From positions 68,138,001 through 68,202,000 of the forward strand of contig NC_042997.1 in the NCBI RefSeq assembly GCF_006345805.1: a stretch of DNA of 64,000 bases, written 5' to 3'. The DNA comes from Octopus sinensis (taxonomy: Eukaryota). Position 1 is the stretch's first letter, and each line of letters begins with the position of its first letter. This document shows positions 13,350 to 26,196 of this stretch, piece by piece. A program made the position numbers and the translations under genes. The notes beneath the pieces were generated by a model. That model worked only from the letters and a program-made list of their open reading frames with translations, did not search any database and was not told where the DNA came from.

Positions 13350-14000
13350 ATTTTGAGTCAATTTCTAGGTGGTTGATGTACAATTGGAGCAAATATGCAG
13401 CTGTGTATTTGTGATAGCGAGCTCTAACTTAATACGATCTGCGTATGCGTTCGTATGTATGGTGGAGTTGTTACACTGGCGAGAGATTGCTGATGTTTTA
13501 TTCTTGAGTACTTGATCGAGTTAGCAACGTGGGAGGTAGTTTGAGAGCTAGTGTTTTCGATTGTTAAGTAGGTTTTAAATATTCTGTTTATAACCGGGAA
13601 GTGCGTAACTGAGTTGATGGTTGATGGTATGAATAGGAGTTTGAAGGAACGCGTATGTTTTGTTTATTTGTTTTAATTGTCAAAATAAACTGAATCCGTA
13701 ATGAGCAGTAAAAACAGGAATATGTGGGATTTGTTAGTTAAAAATTGAGCCTTTTGATGATTATGAGAGTATGGTATGCTTATGATTTGTTACTGTTTTG
13801 CTTAGGCTTTTGTTGGATCTTAGGGTCATTATAAATTTGCAGACTTCCAAATTCTATGGATTAAGTCAATATGAATATTTCAAGATGAGTGCAATAATTT
13901 CTTCAGGTTGTAAGCATTTTTGCATGTTTTGGATTTCATTTGAACCTGAAACTTTGTCCTTTTGGAGCTTTTCTTATTGTGTTTCTGTTAGTTAATGGGA
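13350..14000 (-). pseudogene. Heavily decayed LINE reverse transcriptase remnant (clade uncertain)
   Basis: Minus strand gives KDKVSGSNEIQNM..LQPEEIIALILK..CKFIMTLRSNKS (resembles the KAPGPD..W....I..I.KP region) and LLQLYINHL (resembles LYINDL). Confidence 0.35.
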
Positions 14001-15277
14001 GGATGCGGTTCAAGCGGAAGTGGAAGTTGTGTTTTTCTACTAATGTGCCTATTTGCATAGCTTTTAGTAATTTTAGTGATTTTTATTGTTTGGTAAGGGA
14101 GTCTACTTGTTGCTGGAGTGTTTGGTATTTGAAGATGTTGTTGTGACGTAACAATTAGTGTGGCTATTGTTAGATATGTTGATACTGATAGTTACTTTGC
14201 GCTGTGTTTAACCATTTTGTTTTGAAATTTATGCGATCCAGATATCCTAGTTTTCTTGTTTGTAGAAGATGGGGAAGGGGCGTGTTTTTTAAATTCTGTT
14301 ATTTTATGTTTTCCTTTGGTAAATAGTATGTGTGTGCGGGTGTGTTATGTTCGAGATCATCATTAATTTCTTTTTATTGTATTTAGAAAGAGTTTAATTA
14401 CCCAGATACGTCATCCGCTTCAAAATTTTAAATAAGACTGAACATAATTTTATGAATATATAATTAAAATATGTGATGTTCTGATAATGCTTCACTGTTC
14501 TTCGACGTCTTCTACGAAACATTACCAAAGTAGCGATGTGGGAATCGTTAAAATAACTGTATTTGGTTAAAAATGGAAACGAAAATATGCAGAATGCGGT
14601 TTTAGTTTTCAAAAGTTTCTGGAATTATAAATAAGAGAGTAAAAAAATTAATAAACAGCAAGGTCGTTCTAAGTGCTAAGACGTGTTCTGAATCATTCGT
14701 TTGCACTGTTTAAAGATTGTTAGACGAATCAAAAAGGATCGAAAAAAAAACAGACCAAAACTAAAGAGAAAATAATTTGCAAATTAGTTACTGTTGAGGA
14801 ATTTTCAAGTAATGTGAGTAGTAAAAAGACCTTTATTAAGAAAATATCTCACCAACAAAGGTTTAGTTTAACTAAAGAAAAGTTCTCATTTAATGCAGAT
14901 GATTTAAAGGCCGATAGGTTTTGTAAAAAAATGTGATCAGTATAATATGATTGAAAGAGAGGATAAATTAAAAGTATATAAGTTTTTTTTTCATTTTCAG
15001 TGTTGTTAGATCAGTGGGTGCATTATCAAGTAACCGGTCGCGCAGCCTAAGAGGTTGTGACTTAACAAGAAGCTGCAGATGAGGAGGATGCCCTTAGGGG
15101 CGCCGAGAGTTTAAAGGTGTTGAGGATCTCTTAGAAATAAAGTATTAAACTTAGGTACAAGTTAAACATACTTTCGAAAGGAAATCAATATTGTCGGGAT
15201 TAAAATGAGTCAGACATTGTGATATCTGTAAACTGGAACATAGCTGATGATGCACCAACGTTCTATATAATTTCAGT

Positions 15278-15415
15278 CGCAAGCATGGCTTTGAGGTCAA
15301 GAAGCTTGTTTCTCAACATTGTGGTCTCGAGTTTAGTCCCACTGCGTAGCACCACGGGGAAATGTCTTCTGCTATAGCCCGGGCCAACCAAAACCTTGAG
15401 ACAGAAAATAGAAGT
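15278..15415 (+). mobile_element. SINE family A, 5' half
   Basis: AGTCCCACTGCGTAGCAC...TCTTCTGCTATAGCCCGGGCCAACCAAAACCTTG matches 39463-39610. Confidence 0.75.
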
Positions 15416-15422
15416 CAGTGTA

Positions 15423-15511
<89 letters not shown>

Positions 15512-15609
15512 CTATCTACTTACCTTCTGTCTGTCTGTCTATCACACACAAACATGCACGCACGCGCACACACACACACACACACACATACACACACACA
15601 CACACACAT

Positions 15610-15705
15610 GACGGACTTATCATATTTATCGTCTAGCAAATTCACTTACAAGGTATTGGTCAGCACGGGGCTGCCCTTTGAGATTGGACCCGAAACCGCG
15701 GGTTC
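15610..15705 (-). mobile_element. SINE family A, 5' fragment inverted relative to 15278
   Basis: GACGGACTTATCAT..CGTCTAGCAAATTCACTTACAAGGTATTGGTCAGC matches the minus-strand copy at 47560-47690. Confidence 0.6.
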
Positions 15706-15960
15706 AATGTAATTTTGCCTATTGAAAAAATTATTGAGCTTTCTAAATTCAACTCAGAAACCGAACGGTCGTTCTTTGAGCCTCTTATGAAAATCGTGGT
15801 ACTATTTAATGGTAATGGTAGTGGTGTGAATGTTGATGATGATGATGATGGTGATGGTGATGATAATGATATGGGATTGATATGATTATAATACTGGTGG
15901 TGTAATCGATGGTAGTCATTTGAACAATTAAGATAAACAGAATATTTTGATTCTTGTGAA

Positions 15961-16210
15961 GGCGTATAATGTAGTGGTTAGGGAGTAGCTTTCACTATCT
16001 CGCGATCATGTTGTACCGCCGGTTGCGTTGTGTTGTGTTCTTGAGCAAAACACATCATTTCACGTTGCTGCAGTCTACTCAGCTGGTAAAAATCCGTAAT
16101 CCTGCGATGGACTGGCGTCCCATCCAGGAGAGTGGGAGTTATGTACTTAGTGGTTTAGACACCACTGAAACTGAGCTACAGGCCCTATGAGTCAAAAGGC
16201 TCAAGATAGT
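15961..16210 (+). mobile_element. tRNA-derived SINE family C (Meta/V-SINE-like central segment)
   Basis: A-box-like AGTGGTTAGGG, GTGTTCTTGAGCAAAACAC..CACGTTGCTGCAGTCTACTCAGCTG, then CCTGCGATGGACTGGCGTCCCATCCAGG; homologous to 62175-62510; domain name from recalled consensus. Confidence 0.7.
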
Positions 16211-16989
16211 ACTGACATTGGGTCGTTCTTTAGCCCCAGTTCACTCCCGATAAAAGTGACACATGATTAAAGGTACTCCAGTTGTGGACTTCCAGTCCCT
16301 TTTCCCCCGGCATAGCATATTCGAAGAGACTGTTTCCTTTCTTTCTCTTTTTTTTCTTTATGATGGCTGAGTGCAAGGGGAAGATGTTTTTGTTGCTATT
16401 CGAGCAGGACAAGCGACCTTGAAGAAGTTTCATCGTTGGTTCGAAGAACATTTTGCTGTTTATGTAGTATGTATGTGTGTGCGCGCGCGCGTGTGTGTGT
16501 ATGTGTGTCATAATGTTCATGTGTATATGTGTGTGTATGTGAGTGTATATCTGTGTGAATAGGTGAATATGAGTGTGTACGCGTCTGTGTGAATGTGTGA
16601 ATGCATGTGTGTGTGTGTGTTCCTGTTTGAGTGTACCAGCATGTGCGCATGTGTGTATGCGTGTGAAAGTGTGTGTGTGTACGTGCGCGCTCGCGTGTGT
16701 GCATGCGTGTGTAAATTAGTGTGGTGTTATGAGCAAGTATGAATAGAAGGTGATCAATGAATGGAAAACACAATGTGAAAATCAATAATTACCAACAAAC
16801 ACAAACATATTAGCTAATTAATTTGCTAATGAGCTAATATTTTTCAAAGACTATATGACATGCATACACACACACATGTATATTTTATTTGGTTTATATA
16901 ATATTCTTTTTTATCGTTTGCTTGTTGCTGTCGCTGGACAGCGGCCATGTTGTGTCACCACTTTGAAAAGTTCAGTCGGTCAAATCTGC

Positions 16990-17082
16990 CTTCTTCTTCT
17001 TCTTCTTCTTCTTCTTCTTCTTCTTCTTCTTCTTCTTCTTCTTCTTCTTCTTCTTCTTCTTCTTCTCCTCCTCCTCCTCCTC

Positions 17083-17124
<42 letters not shown>

Positions 17125-17219
17125 TATCATTATTATCATCATCATCATCATTATTATTATCATCATCATCATCATCATCATTATTATTATTATTATTATT
17201 GTTATTATTATTATTATTA

Positions 17220-17287
<68 letters not shown>
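16990..17287. repeat. Compound trinucleotide array (CTT)n-(CTC)n-(CAT)n-(TAT)n
   Basis: Directly visible. Confidence 0.97.
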
Positions 17288-17289
<2 letters not shown>

Positions 17290-17495
17290 GGTGGCGAGCT
17301 GGTAGAATCGATGGATGAAATGCTTAATGGTATTTCACCTATCGCTACGTTCTGAGTTCAAATTCTGCCGAGGTCGACTTTGCCTTTCATCCTTTTGGGG
17401 TCGATAAAATAAGTACCAGTTGAACACTGGGCTCGATGTAATCGACTCATCTCTCCCCCCAAAATTGCTGCCCTTGTGGCTAAATTTGAAACCAT
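17288..17495 (+). mobile_element. tRNA-derived SINE family B (Nin/Deu-like central segment)
   Basis: GGTGGCGAGCTGGTAGAATCG head, B-box-like GAGTTCAAATTC, GAGGTCGACTTTGCCTTTCATCCTTTTGGGGTCGATAAAATAAGTACCAG core, (ATT)n tail. Confidence 0.8.
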
Positions 17496-17519
17496 TATCG
17501 TTATTACTATTATTATTAT

Positions 17520-17626
17520 TGTGGCAAGCTGGCAGGATCGTTACGACGCCGGACAAATTGTTTAGCGTCATTCCGTACATCTTTACGTTGTGAGTTCAAA
17601 TTCCACGGAATTTGACTTTGCCTTTC

Positions 17627-17630
<4 letters not shown>
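17520..17630 (+). mobile_element. SINE family B, truncated second copy
   Basis: GTGGCAAGCTGGCAGGATCGTT...GAGTTCAAATTCCACGGAATTTGACTTTGCCTTTCATC. Confidence 0.75.
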
Positions 17631-17657
<27 letters not shown>

Positions 17658-18186
17658 GTCTGGTACTTTTATTTTATAGGGTAACTTTTGCCGATCCAAT
17701 ATGTTACGGGGATATAAAGTATCCGGTTGTCACGCCATAAATACATATATATTTCAATAAAGATAATGTATGTTTACATACATACATACATACATGTATG
17801 CATGCATACATACATACATACATACATACATACATACATACATACATACATACACACATACATACAATATATACGCAATACATACACGCACACACGTACA
17901 CACACATATACACATGAATAACTAGCCACAAGCACATTTATATGCGCATGCGTAACTCAAACTGATGACCTATGAAGATATGCATTCCACATCTAACCAC
18001 CTCGCCTTTCCGTCTCCAAAGAGTGGCAGTTATAATTGCCCTCGATTATCGTAATTTTACTATATTATTACTATACCTCTAATAAGCTTGTCAGACAGCT
18101 TTTCTTATTCCAGATTGAAGGAGATAGCTGTAACAACACTTAGGACACACCCTATCAAAAACTGCATGTCACAGCTAATTTGTGTA

Positions 18187-18690
18187 ATGCAATCGGGAAG
18201 TGAAGACAATCTGAATGTTCGTCATGCAATAAAGTTTTGTGCTATAATGCTGCAGAAACTTATGAAATGTTCCAGACAGCTTATAGATTAAATTGTATGA
18301 GCCAGACATGTGTAAGTCACATGTAAGTCACATATGTAAGACAAATGTAAGAGACCAGACAGAGTAAGTCTGCCAGGAAGCTCAGGTTGATCCCCTTTTT
18401 CGACAGTAAGGGCATCATCCACATCCACTGTGTTCCCTCTAAACAGACGGGTCAAGAAAGACTACTTTGTGAAAGTTTTGTGGGTGTTCAAGAAGAAATT
18501 TCGTCGCAAATTGCCACAGCAACTGCACCAGGAAAACGCGCCACTTTGCAGTTCCACCCTGGCCCCAAATATCTTCCCTTAAAACTGTTCCTCATACTCC
18601 CTGCAGTTAGGGCCTTACTCCCTGTGACTTGGTTGTTACACAAGCTGAAGGAGAACATGTATGGGTGGCTAATTCGCAATTTTACCACCT
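18187..18690 (+). mobile_element. Internally deleted mariner transposase relic
   Basis: MQSGSEDNLNVRHAIKFC../AETYEMFQTAY N-terminus, then FFDSKGIIHIHCVPSKQT..LHQENAP..TVPHTPCS*GLTPCD..KLKENMYG (catalytic region). Confidence 0.8.
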
Positions 18691-18712
18691 AGAGGCAAAA
18701 ATATATACGTTA

Positions 18713-19176
18713 CTAACAAATGATATAGATGGAAAATGAAATATAAGAGAAACTTTATTGCTCACAACGATAGTTTCAATCTCTCTCCCACCAATCCCTC
18801 ACAGGTGGCATACTGAGCAAATGGTTGTGGTGCATCTCTCGGTGCAAACGCGTATCGTCAGGTAAAGGGCATCTCGTTAATCAAACTCTGTTGTGCTCGG
18901 TTTTAATGCTGCATGTTGTGAGTGATCGTATGTTTAAGCCGTTGGGCAGTGACCGTATGTTCAAGCTCAACGGCTTAAACATACGGTCACTAACAACATG
19001 CTGTATTAAAACCGAGTGAAACAGGCGCCCCTTATAATATCACCTGATGACACGCGTCTGCAGCGAGGGATGAATCACAACCAGCTGTACAGTATGCCAC
19101 CCGCAAGATCCAAGATGGGTCAAAACAATTGTTGTGAGCAATAAACTTTCTCGTATATTCCATTATCATTTGTTAT
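18713..19176. mobile_element. ~460-bp palindromic (foldback) non-autonomous element
   Basis: Outer arms TAACAAATGAT..GAGAAACTTTATTGCTCACAAC and their reverse complement; inner 49-bp stem 18896-18944/18968-19016 around a 23-nt loop. Confidence 0.8.
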
Positions 19177-19879
19177 ATACTCAACGAATACTGGGAAATT
19201 CCTGAGGTAGAGCAGCAATTATGTAAAAACCGTGAATGACGTCAGATAGCTATAGACAGTAAACGTGCTTCATCGACTTAGCTAGGAACATACTCAATCC
19301 TTGAAAATTTACCTACACACACGCGCGCGCGTTTGTATATTCATTTATTATTCTATAAGAAGAATGTTGTGACTTCGATGTTTCAGCCGGATAAACTATC
19401 GTCCGACACTTCGAAGTCACTGTCAAAAGTATTCTTGTTTACGAATGATAAATTTGTACTCTACAAAAGTATAAAGCAACCTATCAGATTAATGTAAAAT
19501 CGTTTTTATTATAAGGGAACATAAAAGCCCAACATTAATATAATATAATATAGCATAATACAATATATATACGTATACATATATGTATATGTGTATGTAT
19601 GCATGCATGTATGTATGTATGTATGTATGTATGTATGTATGTATGTTTGTATGTATGTATGTATGTTTGTATGTATGTATGTATGTATGTATATGTATGC
19701 ACACATACATACATGCATACGTACAATCAAAATTTAATAGCGTCTATCGACAGAATTTATGCTTTTTTTTATTAATGTATCTTTCAATTCTGATCAGATA
19801 CTGAGTATAATGGTAAACAATAGAATCGCAAACATTAAAAAACATTTCGTCTGGTATTTGTGAGCATTCTGGTTCGACG

Positions 19880-20330
19880 GTTGTCTCGTTCGACGGTTGC
19901 TGGTTTTATCTTTTAAGAAACCCCATAACAAAGTCTGGTGGTATGAGGTGCGGTGAATATGGAAGATATTCTACTGTACATCTTCGCCCAATGAAACTTT
20001 TGGCAAAATCTCACTATGGTAATGTGGGAACGCCTAGTTTTTCTTGAAATAAAACTCCACGTCTTCGAAGTTCTCTCGAATGCTTGGCATAACAAATTGT
20101 GACAGCAAGTTCAAATAAGTGGGACCAATCACAGTACAGTAAAACAAAACGGCTGAATTAATCTACTTAATTTTGGCAAATTAACATGAGGTTCGTGCGT
20201 AATATGCGGATTCCCACGTCCCCAGTTGATGCAATTGTGGCTGTGAATTTAGCCATTTGATATAAATGTAGTGTTATCATACCAAACAACTTAGTTGGAA
20301 AGTGAGCATCTCTTACACATTTTGCCAAGT
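19880..20330 (-). mobile_element. IS630/Tc1/mariner-superfamily transposase catalytic-domain relic
   Basis: Minus-strand fragments [67 protein letters not shown]. Confidence 0.65.
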
Positions 20331-20449
20331 ACAACCTGAAAAACTCAAGTTTTCAATCTGATTCCTTTTCATAGAAAACTATTCTCGGAATATAATTTTA
20401 CCAATGACGGCGCTTCAAAATGCGATAGATGCTTCAGTTTGAAATTTGG

Positions 20450-20939
20450 GCTTTTGTATGACTCTGAAACATGGAGAGCCACCTGCAGCAACTACAAGAA
20501 GATCCAGACCTTCATCAACAAATGTCTCCGGCAGATCCTCCATCTGAAGTGGTTCGACAGAGTGCCAAACCTGTGAGAAAGGGCCAACCAGGAGCCCATA
20601 CATGTTCAGATTAGACAAAGGAAATGGAGATGGATCGGATACACAATGCGGAAAGAACCCTCAAATGTGACACAACAAGTAATTGACTGGAACCCGCAGA
20701 GGAAAAGGAAGTGAGGACGCCCGAAGCAGACATTGAAGTGAAGCATCTTGGACGAGCTCAGGACCTCCGGCCTGACATGGGAAGTAGCCAAGAAACACGC
20801 CAATGACCGCAAAAAGTGGAAAACAACTGGTGAGGCCCTATGCTTCACAAGGGGCAAAGAGGATTAAGAAGAAGAAGAAGAGAAGAGAAGAAGAAGAAGA
20901 AGAAGAAGAAGAAGAAGAAGAAGAAGAAGAAGAAGAAGA
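20450..20939 (+). mobile_element. 5'-truncated RTE-clade LINE 3' end with (AAG)n tail
   Basis: LLYDSETWRATCSNYKKIQTFINKCLRQIL..IRQRKWRWIGYTMRK..DWNPQRKRK*GRPKQT..EALCFTRGKED*, then (AAG)n from 20867. Confidence 0.9.
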
Positions 20940-21334
20940 TTTTCTTGAACTATGGAAATAAGTTTCTAGTATCCTTTCTTACTTTGTGAGGCTTACTTTT
21001 TTTGTGGACATTCTAAACAGTCCAATCAGTTCCAAACTTATCGCTTAATTCAAGTGATGGTGAATCGTGTAGCTGGATCTGTATGAGACTCCCTCATAAA
21101 CTGTCTTTCTACTTCGATTGCGCTGTTTATCTTCCGGTAGTATTTTAGGATAACTCCTCTTATGTATACATTTTTGGGACACCTTGTATATAAATTATAT
21201 ATACACATATTTGTTATAAGGTGTATGTATGTATGTATGTGTGTGCGTCCGAGTGTGTGTGTGTGTTTGACCGAGATTTGACCTACAATGAAACATACAT
21301 CTTCCGACTATCTCGTCTATTTATCTCTCTATAT

Positions 21335-21720
21335 AGGTGTGATTGTAAAGGAAGAAACTTGCTTCCTAACCGCAATGTTCCAGATTTAGTCCCACTGCGT
21401 GGCACCTTGTGCAAGTGGCTTTTGGTATAACCTCGGACCGACCAAAGTCTTGTGAGTGAATTTGGTAGACGGAAACTGCAAAAAGCTCGTTGTATATATG
21501 TCTATATGTATATGTGTGTGTGCGTGCCATTGTGCCTGTGCTTGGCTCCTCCCCCATCACCGCTTGACAACTGGTGCTGGTGTGTTTACATCCCCGAGGG
21601 AATAAGTATCAGGCTTTAAAAATAGTCCTGGGTTCAATATTTTCGACTCAAAATTCTTCAGGGTGGTGCTCCAGCATAGCCGCAGTCTAATGACTGAAAC
21701 AAGTAAAAGATAAAAGATAA
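21335..21720 (+). mobile_element. SINE family A
   Basis: Colinear with 39463-39876, including the GCTCCAGCATAGCCGCAGTCTAATGACTGAAACAAGTAAAAGATAAAAGA tail. Confidence 0.85.
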
Positions 21721-22454
21721 AGGACATATGTATGACTTCAAAGTCTAGTGTGTGTTTTTTTTCTGAATTTAAAACGTTAGGGACAGCTTTACTAAGTATT
21801 ATAATAATTCCAGTTCTGCTTAACGATGTATATTTTTACAATGACACTCTAGTAACAACCAGCCAAACCTTTGCTCACTTACATTTCATTGCAGTCTTTT
21901 CCAAGCAGGAAAATTATTTGCAACATTTAAGATATACTTTGCAATAAATTGGACATAAAAATGTACCAAAATTAAATAACTACACATAATAACACCCATC
22001 ATGTATATTCATTATATTATGTTTATTATGAACGTTTGACGCAGAAACCAAGGGAATGTCAGCTAAAATGACTACCAGGTTAAAAATAGCGGCCAAACTC
22101 TCTTACGATTTCACTCGACGACAATATTACTGTTATAATGGTATTGATAACAATCTTTCTTTTAAAAAATTGTAACTATATTAACGTACCGACGAAATTA
22201 CTGTTTTAGTTACATCATACTTTATTTGTTCCTTTTCTTCTTTCGTTCCATAACGCCACGCACATATCTAAAACGCACACATACATATATGCTCAAGCAC
22301 ACGCATACGATACACACACACACAAGCGGGTTATCTCTGAGCGTCTCTCGTGATATATTTTGGCTCCTGGCGCTGTGAGTTCTAATCCTACAGAGGTCGA
22401 AAGCAACTTTATCTTTGATCCGTTAAATGTTGATAAAGATAATACTAATAACAG

Positions 22455-23080
22455 AGTCTTCTTCTTCTTCTTCTTCTTCTTCTTCTTCTTCTTCTTCTTC
22501 TTCTTCTCTTCTTCTCTTCTTCTTCTTCTTCTTCTTCTTCTTCTTCTTCTTCTTCATCTTCTTCTCTTTCTATCTCTCTCTCACACTCTCTCTCCTTCCT
22601 CTCTCTGCCAGTCTCTACTTCCTCTCCCTATGGAAGAAATCGGTTAGAGAAGGATGTGCTCCACTAGTTTTGATATATCGTGACACGGCGTATGTCACGA
22701 CGACGCCCTTATCATTTAACTTTACATTAAGAACTTTTCACTGCTCTAATATATACACATACATACATACATACATACATACATACATAATACATACATG
22801 CATGCATACATACATACATGCATATATATGTATATCTATCTATCTATATGTGAGTAAGCTATTTGTATGTATGTATGTATGTATGTATGTATGTATGTAT
22901 GTATGTATGCATGCATGTATGTATGCATGTATGTATGTATGCATTTATGTATGTATGTATGTATGCATGTGTATATGTATGCATGTATGCATGTATGCAT
23001 GTATGTGTGTATGTATGTTGTATGTATGTTGTATGTATGTATGTATATGTGTGCGCGCGTGTGTGTATTTACATATATTA
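22455..23080. repeat. (CTT)n and (CATA)/(TATG)n microsatellites
   Basis: Directly visible. Confidence 0.95.
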
Positions 23081-24910
23081 GCGCTCTCTTAGTATATTAA
23101 TTCATGAAATTTCACAGAAACCTAGAATCCTTTGAAACAATGTTTATGTATTGATAACATTGATAAACACAAGTTCACCACCTAGTCCAATATTAGGTTG
23201 GCTCCAAAGTTCTCAATTATAAAACACAGTTACATTTCATGGTTTTATATATGTGTCATGTAGCAACTTTATACATTACCAAAAAAAAAATTAAATAAAT
23301 AAGAAAAAATAAAGAGAAAAATATATCCCACCCTGATAAAATAGCAATATTTCTTCGGTCGACAGCAGAGTATTCTTCGACTTTGGGCGGGACAAATGTA
23401 CGATGAATGCTGTATCACGGGAATTTAAATGATTTGTCTGAAAACCTACTGAATTATTACACACTGATGTATATTCTTCGAGTTAACAGCAACTAATAGC
23501 AGCTACATTTGTCTGTCAACTACTTTACGTCATTTAACCAGTTACATGCTAAAAACATTATTACAGTACACCAATACTGTAAACAGCATCAGCATCAGTT
23601 CCTTAAAATATTTATAATACCCATCTTCAATCTAAACATATCTACTTCCCATCGCTCACATCAGTTGACTCACATTCATAATGTGGTGGGTCAAATTTGC
23701 AGAAAACTATGAGTATACGCTACAGTATCAGTCACATCACCCCGAGAAAAATAAGAGCAGTAGGGCAGGTTTGCAGAAAACTGTGATTACTTTGTCGTGT
23801 GTGTCATGTGACCATGATGGAAAAAATAGAACATCCTCTATGTAGAATCGTCTACAACTAGATTACTTTCTCGCAATTCACTAAAGCGAAAATGTCTCTA
23901 TAAATGTCTTTAGCGGTCAATCTTTTACTTGCCATCCACATGGTGATGCGTTTTGGTTACACATTTACAGAAATGATTTTCATATTTAATTCTGCTGCTC
24001 TTGGAATTTTCGTAATGCATTTTCGGAGGAGACAACACCTAAAGTATCATTATACTTGGCAACGTATCATGGTTATAGCATTAAATCTTGTGACAGTCGT
24101 ATACTCCAGTTTCTTACCATGTGGTAAAACAAATTTTCTGATTACAGAGAAATTACTTTTATTTGGTGAAAGATAATGGCAATAATGTGACTATTCTTTT
24201 CCAGACAGAAACGGCTTTAGGTGGCTACGTCTGACTAATTCCTAGTTGTTCAAGTCATACAGAAATCATAAATATATAGACATAATCTATATACAGAAAT
24301 CATAGACATAATTTGTCGGTAAGTGCATCAAGGTGACTCAAGTCAAATAGCTTTTTGCCATCATTTTCGCAAAGAAAATCGAAGTGCATCAGAACAACAT
24401 GCCTTAGCTACGAAGAACACTTATCCGACGCTCGTATTTTCTACAAACATGCTTAGTATAAATTCCTCCACTGATTTATAACAATATTCAGTAGAACAAG
24501 GCACAATAGTAATACAATGGCACAATGTTTGTGCAACGCAGTGACTTTGTATTCAAATAAATGTGTCAGGTCACCACATGAAAAGTAACACATCCTCTAG
24601 CTATCTTCATCTACAAATCTACAATACGTTGACTACAGACTTTGAAGCCAACAAAATATAATCGCTTCACAACTTACACAGACATCAAAATGCATTAAGT
24701 ACCCCTCATTTTCAAATACGATGTAAATGCTGTGAACGCTGTATTTGCAATAACGTAAAGAAGGAGACGTTTAAATTGGAATAAACAAACAGATTAAATC
24801 AATAAAATTTATCTTCATCACCTAACAAGATTCTTAATACATCTATACATACATACATACATACATACATACATACATACATACATACATACATACATAC
24901 ATACATACAT

Positions 24911-25255
24911 CTCGATGAAAATCAAAGAAAAAGAGGATATCTATGGACAGCTGCTTCGAAACCTCTAACTTCTATATCCAGACTATTAATTCATATTCAT
25001 ACCAATAATAATTGGAGCACTAGGTCTTGTTAGTAAATGTTTAAAGGAGAATCTGGATAAACTGGGATTTTCAGGAAGAGAAATCGACCGGCTAATTCGA
25101 ACATTACAAGTGCAATCACTGAGTAGAACAGTAAAAATATGTAAGACTTTTATCAAGTTCCAAATGTGAATTTGTCTGTGCTAATTACATCCCAAAGATG
25201 GATCCTTGTATCTTTGTTGGAAACTGGCTCCCTCCTCAGTGGAAGATTTATAATA
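24911..25255 (+). mobile_element. 5'-truncated R4/Dong-type LINE 3' end starting directly after (CATA)n
   Basis: SMKIKEKEDIYGQLLRNL*LLYPDY*FIFIPIIIGALGLVSKCLKENLDKLGFSGREIDRLIRTLQVQSLSRTVKICKTFIKFQM*. Confidence 0.88.
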
Positions 25256-25620
25256 CAGTAGTCTCCCGGAATTCGCGAGAGTTATGTTCCGAGAGCACCC
25301 GCGAATAATGAAAAACCGCGAATATTGGACGTGGTCCATAAAAATGCTTATAGTGTCAAGATATAGGCGTGTATATTATATATATATAAAGTGAAGTATT
25401 GTTACCGTTATATACAGTAATAATGAGGTGGCTAGCAAGTTTCTACCTATATAGGTACAATATAAAATAATTTAAGTAAATCAAGGCGACAGCTTAAAAA
25501 AACCACCGTAAATTTTTCGATAAATATATACATTTAGAGGTAAGCTTATTTCTTAAAATATTCATTACATTGCTCGTGTGTATATTTATCGTAAAATTTA
25601 TGGTGGCTGTTTGAAGCTGT
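25256..25620. mobile_element. pogo/Tigger-like MITE end inserted at TA
   Basis: TA|CAGTAGTCTCCCGGAATTCGCG interrupts the LINE 3' UTR; right end not identified, so the extent is approximate. Confidence 0.45.
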
Positions 25621-25671
25621 TGCTTTGATTTTTAGCAAGGGGTATGTTTACCCCACTTTTCTTTATCTAAG

Positions 25672-25772
<101 letters not shown>

Positions 25773-25931
25773 TAATGGTGTCATTGAGACCCAAAGGTGT
25801 CAGGTAATGCTGAATAAGTGCAATAGACAGACCATAGTCAAGTTTCAGATTCGGTAATATTGCGAATAAAGGGTTCAACGTTGGTTCTATGTCAGCGTGT
25901 GTACATATGAATTTTTTGCGTAACGCAAAAA

Positions 25932-25988
<57 letters not shown>

Positions 25989-26154
25989 ATAGTTATCGCC
26001 ATACTAATATGGCATTCTTATAAAAATAAGAAAAAAGCTGTCCGCTTATTAGCTCCATGAGGCCATCGCCTTAAGTTAGCTATTTGATACATAAACTGTA
26101 TCCATATAACCTTCGAACAAGGGAGGTCAGTCGCTCCACACTACTTGACCGGCA

Positions 26155-26196
26155 GCTACAGACGCGTTTCGGGGTATTGCCCCTTTTCAATGCAGC
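26155..26196 (-). ncRNA. Minimal type I hammerhead ribozyme motif (U3-A8 variant)
   Basis: Exact reverse complement of 26644-26685. Confidence 0.75.

Noticed and set aside
16855-17318. Poly-Leu/His/Tyr/Ser ORFs resembling low-complexity proteins
   Set aside because: They are direct products of trinucleotide arrays.
19369-19420. 10-bp inverted repeat with CGGACGA..GAAAC on the minus strand, hinting at a hammerhead
   Set aside because: The core has U4G, stem II is weak and stem III is mismatched; too many deviations.
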